Shown in pieces: positions 46,791-58,570 of a stretch of 64,000 bases of DNA. A program made the translations under genes and the position numbers. Where the stretch lies: assembly GCF_009914755.1 (NCBI RefSeq), contig NC_060932.1, one strand, 5' to 3'. Each line of letters begins with the position of its first letter. Position 1 is the first letter of the stretch. The DNA is from the human T2T-CHM13v2.0 reference genome, Homo sapiens. The notes beneath the pieces are model-generated. The model did no database searches, was not told where the DNA came from, and saw only the letters and a program-made list of their open reading frames with translations.

Positions 46791-48849
46791 TTCCTTCAGC
46801 TCTCTGTTACCTGCACTTACATCTCTCTGTGAGTCGCGGAGTCTTGCAGTTAAGGTATTAATATTATTGCGTCTCAAGGTGCCTCAGGTCAGAGGTTCCA
46901 AAGGTGAATGAGGGCACAGCTCTCCGTCTGAGACTCACGGTGGAGAAGCCTCCTCACCTTGCTCCTTCTCCCTGTCACCAAGAAAGGAGGTCTGGGGGAA
47001 GGAAGGGGTCCGTGTGGCCCTCCCGCCCCCACACTGTCCCTCTTGGATTCTGCTAGCCTGTGGGTGTGGGCAGCAGCTCAGCCTGGCCCTGGAATTTTCC
47101 ATAAAGGTCTTTCCAGGTAAGAATGATTAGACAACATATTTTGAATTCATTATTATATAGTGCGTTTTAAATGTTATTTACGTGTATGTGGGTGGGTAAG
47201 ATTTAATGGCTAAAGAGTGCTAGACAGCGGGAGCCAGGAGTGTGTCTGGGCTTGTCACATGAATTCCTGCAGAAATAATTCTCTTTTGGAGAATGCTGAA
47301 CGTCATACCTTCCTGATCGTAACCTCAACGTGGCCCTAAGCGCCCTGTCCAGGGCCCCAGAGTTTCTGAACTCAGCTTAAGTCAGCTCCCCAAATTCAGC
47401 AGAAAGTGGGAGGAGTTGGGGCTGTTCTGTCCCTAGTACACAGGTCTGGGCAGGGCTGGGTTTTACCTTCTGGGAAGGGCTGTGGAAGGGAGGGTGAGGG
47501 GACAGACCCAGCGGATGAGGGGTTTGAAAAGGAGGAGTGGGGACTGCAGTGATGGGCAGCGCACTGCGGCTGAGTAGGGGGAGGAAAGCCTTCTGGGAGC
47601 TGAGCTGGGCTGAACTGGGGACCCCCCATGGATGGCAGCTCTGGGTGCCCCTCCCATGCCTGCTCCTTCCCTGCTCCCCTCCTGCCAGGAGCCAAGCTCT
47701 GTTCCCCCAGGCCCCTCTGCAAGCCCCACAGACGTGGCCAAGACATCTCCGGTCTTGGATTGGGGGCACCCCTGTAAATCCCGCCCCGGTGCACCTGGAG
47801 AGGCACATCCCACTCCACGCCCTCCCCTCGGAACAGAGCCCCCTCTTCCAAGAAGCCTTCTCAGATTGACGAAGGGCTTGCTGAACGGGTCCCTCTCTTT
47901 ACTGCTCATGAGGCCCCTGTGTGGATGGCCGATGGGAGGAGCGTCTTCTTACAGATGAGGTGATTGAGCCCTGAGAGACGGCCCCCGCTCTACCTCCAGC
48001 TGGGGAAGGGCAGAGGTCAGGCCGACTCCAGTCCAGCCCCTCTGCCACCATGGCGGGGGTGGCCTGGTGACTGGGCCGGGGGGCTGGGGAGGTGCCCACC
48101 TGACCTAACCAAGGCCAGTGACGAGGTCCAAGGCCCCGTCTCCACCCACGCCCCACCGCCTGACCCGCCTCCAAGGCGATGGCAGCCCCCACCCTGCTCC
48201 AGAGAAGACGCGTGGACAAGGTGAGGAGGAGACCAGAGCCTTCCTCCCAGACTCGCAGAGCCACCCCCGCGCGAGCCCTCCGCACCACCCGCACCTCCTG
48301 AGCTCTCAGGTATGGTGGTGCCAGGGCAGTGCACCAAGCACCCTCAGATGTGCTGCGAGGCTGCCCTTCGGAGGCACCCGTGCCGGCCTCCTGCTCTTCC
48401 ATAGGGCAGCGGGCCCAGGCAGGGCACAAGGCGGACAGAGTGTCCCGTCCCCCATGCGATACGCCCAGGACCCAGAGGGCAGAGACGGTGGGTGAGGAAC
48501 CATCTCTGCAGGGAACCGCCAGCAGGAACAGAAGGGTGAGGGGCCGGGCCAGCGACCTCCCTGGACTGTGGCAGCTCCCGCCTGTGCCCCCACGATCCTC
48601 TCTACACAGAAGCAGGGGCCCCTGCTGCCCCCACAGTGGCCCCAGGATCTGTCCCCAGTTCCTCGCCGCCCACCCTGCCCCCATTTCACGGCTGCTCCCC
48701 TGCAGCCGCTCCAGCCCCGACTTTATACACACAGGCCCAGCCACCTACGGGCAGGCGAGGCCTCCTGGAGGCCCGGCGGGCTCTTCCCCCTCCCTCCCCG
48801 CCCTTTTCCTCTCCCGATTTCCTGGCCACCCTCTGGCTTAGTCTGCAAT

Positions 48850-49260
48850 TCATCTTCCCGTCTCTCTTCCCATACCTGAGCCTCGTGCCGCCCGGGATTG
48901 CGGCGCCCGCGCCACCACGCTGGGGTAATGGTCCCAGCACCGCTGCCCTGCGTCCTGCCGCGCCCCAGCCCGCGCGTCTCACACACCGCGACTGCGTGTC
49001 TACAGGTGCCGCCTCTTGACGCCTCTGCTGCACCGCCAGTGCCCCGCTCGGCAAAGCACAGCCCCTCCCCAGCACTGCAGCAAATGGGCAGGAGACCCCC
49101 GCCCGGCCGGGGGAGCAGGGGCAACGGCAGGGCCCCAGTAGAGAGGGTGGAGCTGGAGCCGAGGCCGGGCCAGGCGCCTGCGGGGCCTAACGCTTCTGAG
49201 ACAGGCGAGCCGTGCTCCGTGCTCCGTGCTCCGGGACGAAGGGGGCTGTGGGGTCGGCAG
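48850..49260. promoter_or_regulatory. Small CpG-rich island ~6.5 kb 3' of the MAFA poly(A) site
   Basis: Dense CpG (gcggcgcccgcgcc, cccgcgcgtc, ccgcgactgcg). Confidence 0.55.
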
Positions 49261-52200
49261 AGGGCTTCCCGTGAGGAGGAGCACACCAGGAGTGCTGAGG
49301 CCGGGGGTGGGAGGCGGGCAGATCCCTCAGGAGGGTGGGCTGGAGGGCCGGGACAGCCATGGGCGGCTTCTGTGCGGAGGGGCAGCCTTGGGGTTGAAGA
49401 GAGGAGACCAGAGGCTGCAGGGAGAAGCTGGGGATGGGTGGGGTGGGCCCAGCCAGGGCCCCTGTGTTTGAAACTCCCTTGTCGCAGAGGAGCCGTGGGC
49501 TACGCCCCTCCCCCAGGGCATCAGCTCCCCTGGGGCATCTGTACCAAGAGCTGGGCAGAGGCGGCGGCTGGAGAGGGGCCACCCAGGGCATGTGGCTTCC
49601 CGGAGGACATGGCTTGTCCCTGAGACCCACCCCTCTGGGGGAGGTGACCAGACACCTGGGTCCCAGCCAGGAGACGGGAGCAAGGGTGCTGCAGGAGAAG
49701 GGACTCCGGGACCCTCCTTCCTAGAGAAGCCAGAGTCCCCTAGAGTCCCGCGGGGCCCCGCCAGCAGCCTGGGACTCTTCTGTGCCCAGCACCCTGCCTG
49801 CACGCTCACTGCTGCTCCCAGGCTGCTCCGGGGAGGCGATCAAGGCCCATGGGGCTGGCGCCTGGCATGTTCCAGATACCTCCCTGTGTCAGCCTCTGAG
49901 GACTGGGTGGGAGGGAGGCAAAGGGGCCATCCCCTGCGAGCTAGACCACGCTGAGTGGGTGCCGGGAGGTGCAGTGGAGTCGGGGAGGCCCCAGGGCGGA
50001 GCCCGCCACATGGGAGGGAGGGGCTGGGCCACAGACGCAAGTCAGGGGCCAAGGTGGCTCTGTCTGGGAAGCCGGTGGCCTGAATGTGGAGAGGAATTAT
50101 CCTCCAGGCTGGAACTGATCCCAGCTGCCCTCAGGACACCTAACTCGGGTGCCAGGGGTCAAGGGCACTGGAGTCCCAGAGGCCGGCATGGAAGAGGTGG
50201 CAAGGCTCAGGGGAATGCCAGGGTTGAAAGGGGCAGCAAGGGCTGCGGCTGAGGGGCTTCAGGCCTGGTGGGCTGCTGTTGGGGGGCACCCCACCTTGCT
50301 GCTCTCCACAGCCAGGTTGGGGTGCCTGGGGGGGCGGGCCGGACCTGAAGGCCACAGGCCTCCTCCTGCGCCTACCCCTCCCGCGACCCCCACAGCCTCC
50401 CCCGCCGACCCCTTCATGCCCCCCCGCCCCCCTGCCCGGCGCTCCTCCCCGGCCGCGGGCTAATTGGCTGTGACAGCTGGAGCCCTGGGCAGCTGAGCGG
50501 TGTCACTGCAAATTAGGCAGGCGCTGAGCCCGCCAGCCGCAAATTCCTCTGTCACTGCTCCCCATGCGGACTGCCGACTGTGTGTGGGGGTCGAGGGTGT
50601 GGGCTCCAAGCCACTCCCACCTTCCTGCCACCTCCTGATTCGGGGTACACTCCCTTCCCCCATCCCCCACCTCCGCCTCCCAGGTGAGGAAGCGGTTTCC
50701 CCTCCTCCTGGGCCAGCCTCCCGCCTCAGACCCTCTCCCAGGCCCTGCCTCCTCCCCCACAACTTCCGAGTCCTCTGAGCACCGGTCCCACTTCCCGGGC
50801 CCTGGCTGGCCCTGCCCCGCCAGTCTCCCCTGCCACCCCAGACTCCCTAATTCAGGGTCCCTCGGCCGCCACCCTCTCCCTGGGAGCCCGGGGATCCAAA
50901 TGCCTCCTCTCAGGGACCCTGGAGGGTACTCCTGTCTGAGCTGCCTGCCCCCACCTCGAGACCCCCTAGGAGCCAGGCTCAGCCAAGACCCCGCAGGCCT
51001 CCACCCTCCCCGGCTCAGCCCACAGCCTCGGGCTCTCCCTGCTGACCCACATGCTGCACCCCCAAAGTCCACCCCGTGCTGCCCCTCCCCGTGCACCCTC
51101 AGGGATTACACCATCAAGGTCGAACACAGAACCTGCATCCACCTCACGCCCCGACTTTCCACGCGCCTCCCAGCTCCTATCAGGAGAGGTCTCCCCCAGG
51201 TCCGTCCCATCCACGCTCTCCGGGACCATCTGGGCCCTCACCCTCATCTCAGCCTTTGCTGCCCCCGACAACCTGCCAGGACCCTCAGCCTTAGGGAGGT
51301 GGGCCCCTGTGAGGGTGGGGCCAGGCTGGGCTTGAATCTGGGACAGCGGGGGCACTCAGGCCCTGCCCCGCACCCTTGCTGGGCCTCCCCAGCCCTCGGC
51401 TGGACTCCGTGGCCAGGAACTGCTGAGCAGGCACCCAGGCCCAGGGACGGCAGAGGTATGGCTGCTTCAGCCATGAGGGCAGCGGGGAGGAGTCGGGGCT
51501 GGGCAAGGGAAAGCATGGACCCCACAGGGCTGGTGGCCCTTTCCTGTCCTGCAAATGTCAGCCCATCACCTCTGTGTCTGACTCAGAGCCCCCGAGTATC
51601 TGCTTTCCAGAGTGGCTGGCAGGTGGGGAGACCAAGGCCCCCTGGGGAGAAGGCCAGGTTCTTCCTGACACCCGCCCTGTTCCACGTCCCCAGGCCCTGG
51701 GCCAGGGATGGCTTTGCCCTTCCTCCAGGCCCAAGGTAGGGGTGTTGGGTCCCCAGGCTCCCAACCATACCCAGTGGCAGGTCACAGCACTGGCCCTGGG
51801 CCAGGACCCTTGGTGACGCTGTGACCTGCACAGGCCTATCTGTCGGACAGGCCCCTTCAGGGCCCTCCAGGGCTGAGCCAAGTCCCTGCTGAGCAAATGG
51901 AGCCTTCAGCCCCCCACGATTGGCTGGGCTGGTTAGTGATGGTTCCAACCAGAGGGTGGCTGGGTCTTGCACCCCACATCCATCCCTGGAAGAGGGCGTG
52001 ACCCTAGGGAGCCTTCAGCACCTGGCAGTGGAGGATGAGGCTTCCATCCTGGAGGGCATCTGGGCCCCTCACGGTGGCTCCAAGGACCAGGGCTGGGAGA
52101 GAGGTGGCAAGGAGAGGCCAAGGCAGCCAGGGCAGGGCAGGGCCAGGACCCCTCCTCCCGGACAGGGTGGGCTGGGCTGAACCGAGCAGACAGTGGCTGA

Positions 52201-52771
52201 GGACCGCACTTCACTGGAGAGGCCCATGTCAGAGCCCACTGTGGCCAGGCGGGACTCAGCATGGAGGACCGGCCCAGACAAAACCATGGGGTTGGTTTGC
52301 GTATAGGGCCGGTGGGTCCACATGCATGTGTCTGGGTGTAACTCCACCCTCATGTGTGCCAGCCAGGTGCACGCGTGTGTGTACGCAGGGCCACAAGTGT
52401 GTCTGCTGTTGTGTGTCCGGGTGGGTAGAGTCTGCTCCCACATTCTGGGCTGTGTGTATGTGTGTGTGCCCGTGCATGTGTGCACGTGCCACAGCGTACC
52501 CACCCTTGTGCTGGGGCTGGGGCAGAGGACACTTCCGCTTTGTCCTGGCCCTCATCTCAGAGCCGGCTCTATAGGAGGCTGGGGGGGCCCTGCCGACAGC
52601 CACCACTGTGACGTACTGGGGGGCAGTGGGGGGAGGAAACAGGGCCACACTTGGCCCAGCGCCTGGGAATGGCAGAGGAAGGAGGGAAGGCCCTGGCCTT
52701 CTCCTGTGAGCACCCCCAGCCCAAGCCCTGTGCGTGGCTGACGGGGGCTTAAGGCAGGAGACCAGTGACCA

Positions 52772-53005
52772 TCCAGGTGGGCTGTCGGGCCCAGGCGAGC
52801 GTGTGTGTGGGGGGTACAGATGGGCTGTCGGGCACGGGCGAGTGTGCGCGTGGGGGGGTCCAGGTGGGCTGTCGGGCACAGACGTGTGTGTGCGTGGGGT
52901 CCAGGTGGGCTGTCGGGCACAGACGTGTGTGTGCGTGGGGTCCAGGTGGGCTGTCGGGCACAGACGTGTGTGTGCGTGGGGTCCAGGTGGGCTGTCGGGC
53001 ACAGG
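52772..53005. repeat. 41-bp minisatellite TCCAGGTGGGCTGTCGGGCACAGACGTGTGTGTGCGTGGGG, ~6 copies
   Basis: Units start at 52859, 52900, 52941 and 52982, plus two degenerate copies upstream. Confidence 0.93.
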
Positions 53006-55750
53006 CGAGTGTGGGGGGAGTGCAGCCAGTGCTCCTGCTCGTGTGTCCAGTGTGTGCCATGGGTGTCCACCCAGGCCCAGGGCCTTAACCCCGGCCCCTT
53101 CAGCCTCTCCCTGCTGTCTGGGAAGACACAGCTCCCATTGGTGGGAGATGGGACACAACTCCTGGGGCCACATATCTGAGCTGCCCCAGGAACACTAGGT
53201 CCTCACGCTGCACCCTGTTCAAGGCAGCCTCAGGCCCCAGCCTCCCCTCTCCCAGGGCTCACGCGGGGGCCGAGTGTCACATGCAGGACACTCCAGTTGG
53301 TGTCTCCCTCCGGAGCTCTTGGGCCAGGGCTGTCACCTGGGTCCCTGCTGTGGGCCCCCAGTGGGCAGTAGGGTGGGTAGGGTGGTTGCCAGCGTGTGTG
53401 GGAGACAAGCTCTGCCCTCTGGGCCCAGGCAGCCTCCTCCAGGAAGGCAGAGGATGGCACCTTCGAAGTGCCAGGAGTCCCTGCCTGCCTGCTCTGGTTC
53501 TGGGTGACGGTGGCGGGGGCAGGGGGCACCCAGGCCAGGCACCATCACTGACCTCTGGGGACATCCAGGTGGGGGTGGGGGTGAGGTCAGCTGCTCTTCC
53601 AGGATGGGTCAGGGGCTAGGGTCCCAGGAGCTGAGCGGCGGATGCTGTGGTCGCCCCTTCCAGGGGCCCTCCAGCTCCCCTCAGCCCCAAGCACCTTGGT
53701 GCTGCCTTGCACACAAGGGACACACATGCTCACGACTGCCGTTGGCACTCCAGCTCTGCTGCCCTCCAGGGCTCCAGGCCCAGTGAGGAGGAGCTGAGGG
53801 ATCTAATTCTCCGATTCCTTGCTGGCCACACAACCTCCCTCAGTCAGGAACCCCAGAGCTGCCCACCCTCCCCCGCTGCCGGCTCCAGCCAGGTCTGGCT
53901 GCAGCAGCCCCTCCTGAAGGGTCACACTGGTCCCAGGGACTCCCTCGGGGCAAACTGAGGCCTCCAGCCAGCCCTGCCAGCTGTACAGAGTCTGGGTCAG
54001 GTGTGTGCCGCTGGTCCAGGCCTGTGCTGTGTGGGTGGGCACGGGTGCAACTGAAGCCAAAGGTGCTTTCCACACATGGCCATCTTCCCGCGGGGGCTCA
54101 CGGAGCCCCCAAAATGGTTTTCAATAAAGCTCTGTCTCGGAACACAGGAATAAGAAGTCCCCTGCCCGCAGGGGTCCCCGCGTCCCGGTGCTCACCTGCC
54201 TGCTCCACCTTGTGTGTGGCGGAAAGCAGGGGGACAGACGAAAGAGAGAAAGAGAAAGGGGAGAGAAAATAGAAAACAGGAAAGTGAACTGACTCCAGCA
54301 GCAGCAGCTGCTAAGGTCCCACAGCTCGGGCCCGGCCATGCTGCGGAGAAAGCTGGATCCGGTGGCAGCCCCGGCACGTGCCGCAGTGGGGTTCCTCTGA
54401 GTCCCAAACCCAGCAAGCCTCCAGCAGCGCCCGCAGGCCCCGTGCACCAGGAAGCCCAGTTCTGGCCCCTGAGTGCAGGGCTCCCAGACGCCTGGGGTGG
54501 GGGTAGGGAGCAGGGAGGGTGACACAGCTCCCTGCCCGCCGCTCCCACCCCAAAAAGGCCGCCTCTGATCCAGGCTGCCAGAAGTCGCTGGGTCCTGTAC
54601 TTTCTCGGCCAGGGAAAGGCTCTGTGCAAAGGGCTCCTGGGGGCGGCGATGGTGAAAACTAAGGTGTCCCATGTCCTCTGCTCTTTACAACTTCGGACTA
54701 TGAAAAACGAGCCAGCAGATTCCCGTCCAAGAATGTGCCCAAGGCTCCCCGCCCCTCCTTGGGGAGAGATGGCCTGTGTAAGCGAAGGCCCGGGCCGGGC
54801 GGCTGAGCCACCCGTGGCTGCCTGGAACCCGCCTGTCCCTGCCGGCGTAGTCTTTTCAACTCCATCTTCCGCCCCACATTTCTGTAATTCCCACCAGCAT
54901 TCTCCTCCACAGAGATGCCTTCACGGCCAGCTCCCCTGCTGGGATTCTGCTTGAACTCCCGCAGAGACCCAAAAGCAAAGGGGGAGGCGGCAGGGACTGA
55001 CGGAGGACTCGCCTTCCTCTCTTCCTCCAGGTCTCTCTGCTTGAAACGATAAAACAAACTCAGGAGACTCACTCACAGAGGATTCCGTCCCGTCCCCAGA
55101 AAGAACCTCCGCTTACCCCCGATGGAAAAGCAGCACAGCCCCCTCCCAAGAAAGGCGAGTTTGGAAGCCCTTGCAGGCCAGAAGCCCTCTCTCCAAATTT
55201 GCAAACCACGGACCCTCGCCTGCCTCTCTTCCGGCAGTGAAGGGAGGGAACCATCAACGACGTGTCCTGCAGCCGCCCTGGGCCCTGTGAACTGAGATTT
55301 CTGGGGTACTGCCTCCTCCCCTGTGCTCCCAGTCCATGCCCAGCCAGCCGTTCAGAGGAGCAAGGGCAGGCTGCGCCTTCAGGTGGGAGACGGGCAGACT
55401 CCGAGGGCTGGGGACAGTTCTGGCCACCAGGATGCAGCGGTGTGTCCCACCAAGGACACCTCCTGCCCTGCACCCCCAGCCTGCCTCAGTGACTCTCCCC
55501 AAAAGCCCCTCGGCCTTCTTTGCCGAGGGCAGACGCAGAGGGCACAGGTCTGCGGGGTGCGGGCCGGCTAACGCTGCCTCGCTGCTCAGTTTCTCCCTGG
55601 TCCTGCCGTCACCCAGGGCCCGTCCGTCACCCAGGGCCAGCACAAAGCCCAATGCAGGGCCCTCCTCTTCCTTCAATTCAGGGAGAAACACGGCAAAACT
55701 GAAAGCCACCGACCAACCAGCCAGGCTGCGGTGACTTGGATCTGAACAGA

Positions 55751-55756
55751 TTTATT
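55751..55756 (-). terminator. MAFA: MAFA poly(A) signal AATAAA
   Basis: TTTATT on the + strand, ~1.26 kb 3' of the stop codon. Confidence 0.8.
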
Positions 55757-57016
55757 TTGTGTATTTTTTTCTTTTTCTCAGTTTCGTAGCAAATGAAAAA
55801 AGAACTCAACGAAAACCAACTACACAACAAAACTTTCAACGAGTCGGCGCGCCTTCCACTCCGAGTGCTCAGGGGAGGGGTGTGGAGCGGCTGGAATCCC
55901 ACTGATGGCCCCTGAGGGCCTCCGAAAACGGGCAGATCCCCCAGGCGCCTGGCCCAGCCTACAGGGCCCGGAGCACCCGCCTCCTCGCCCTCTCTCCCGG
56001 CTAGTCCAAAGAGCGACGAAGCATTAAAGAAAGATTCCACAAACAAAACGAAACACAATTTAAATTAAAATAAAAACACTTTCTCCACCCGCCCCATGCC
56101 AGAAGGCTCTGGCCCAAGCCTCCTCTTAAAAAAAAAAATTTTCTGCTAGAAATACTGTGCATTACTTTTTTCTTTCACTTCTCTTGAAGGTTAAAACAAG
56201 ATGTATTTCCCCAGGAGTTACAGATATGTTCTGGTGCATAGAGAGACAGCAGCTCGGGATCCGGGCCAGCCCCCACCCGACTGAGCACAGGACTCACCCC
56301 CCTCCCCCCACCCCCGGTTGAGCATAGTAGGACAGCAGGCCTGGACACAGCACGGGTGACGTCCCTGGCTTCGACCTCCAAGGAACGCCGGTAGCAGGGT
56401 CGGGGGCAAGCGGGGAGGGGGCAGGCAGGGGCCGGGCCCCTCCTGGCGAGCGACTCATGCTGTGACTCGCGACTGAGGGCGGACCCCGGCTGGGGAAAGA
56501 AGGGGCTTCCTCCAAGGTTTTCTTTTCTAATCACCAAGCATAATAATTATAAATACTTCGAAAATAAGACCGATTTTAAAACGGGGAGGGGAAGTTAAAA
56601 AAGGCAAGGAAAGGGAGGCTGAGAAGAGAACGAAGGAGGGCGGGGGCAGGCAGGGGCCACCCGGGAAGGGACGGCAGCGCGGTCCCTCTAGGCTGGCAGG
56701 GCGAAGGTGGGAACGGAGAACCACGTTCAACGTATGTACAAGCGGACGCTTGGAAAGAAGTTAGACCTGGCTCAAGTTTCCTTAGAAATCACCGTTCTCC
56801 GCTCAACCTCAGGACGGCGACCCGGGCCGACGCGCGCGAACGGGGACCGGGAGCGAAGGGGCCTCCAGCCCCGCGCCCGCAGACTTGGCAGCGGGGCCAG
56901 CACGGCCGGGCCGGGCCTGGTGTCCACGTCCTGTACCGCGGAGTCCGAGCCGAGGCCCCGAGAGGCCTGCGCGAACTTGTCCCCGGCGACGGCGGCGCGG
57001 GCTCGGGGTCCGGCGC

Positions 57017-58234
<1,218 letters not shown>

Positions 58235-58424
58235 TCACGTGGTCAACTCCGGGGCGGCGCGCTAGGGGCACCGCTGGCCAGGTGCCTCGGGCGACCCCGG
58301 GCCCGCGTCGCCGCCTCCTCCCCGCGGCCGCCGCCTCGGGCTGCTCCGGGACCGCCCCCGCGCCCCACCCGCGCCGCCGGCCGGCCCCGCCTCCCACGGC
58401 TAAACGCGAAGCCGCGCGCGCCCC

Positions 58425-58570
58425 TTTATAGAGCCGGGTGCCTGGGCCCGCCTCCCCGGGAGGGGCGCGCGCCCCCGGGCCAATCGGAGCCCCAGCCCCG
58501 CCGCCCTCATTTGCTTATCCCCATGGCAACTCAGAGCCCAGCTGTCAATCTCCTGCGGGAAACAGCTGTG
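58425..58570 (-). promoter_or_regulatory. MAFA: MAFA core/proximal promoter: TATAAA 58425-58430, CCAAT 58480-58484, X-box-like 58517-58530, E-boxes 58539 and 58563
   Basis: Minus strand reads ctcTATAAAgggg; predicted TSS ~58400. Confidence 0.8.

Noticed and set aside
50684-51739. 351-aa Pro-rich ORF and similar 200-300-aa intergenic ORFs
   Set aside because: Mostly non-ATG starts, composition dictated by GC content, no recognisable domains
56609-56617. AAAGGGA miR-204/211 seed match
   Set aside because: Lies on the + strand, antisense to the MAFA mRNA
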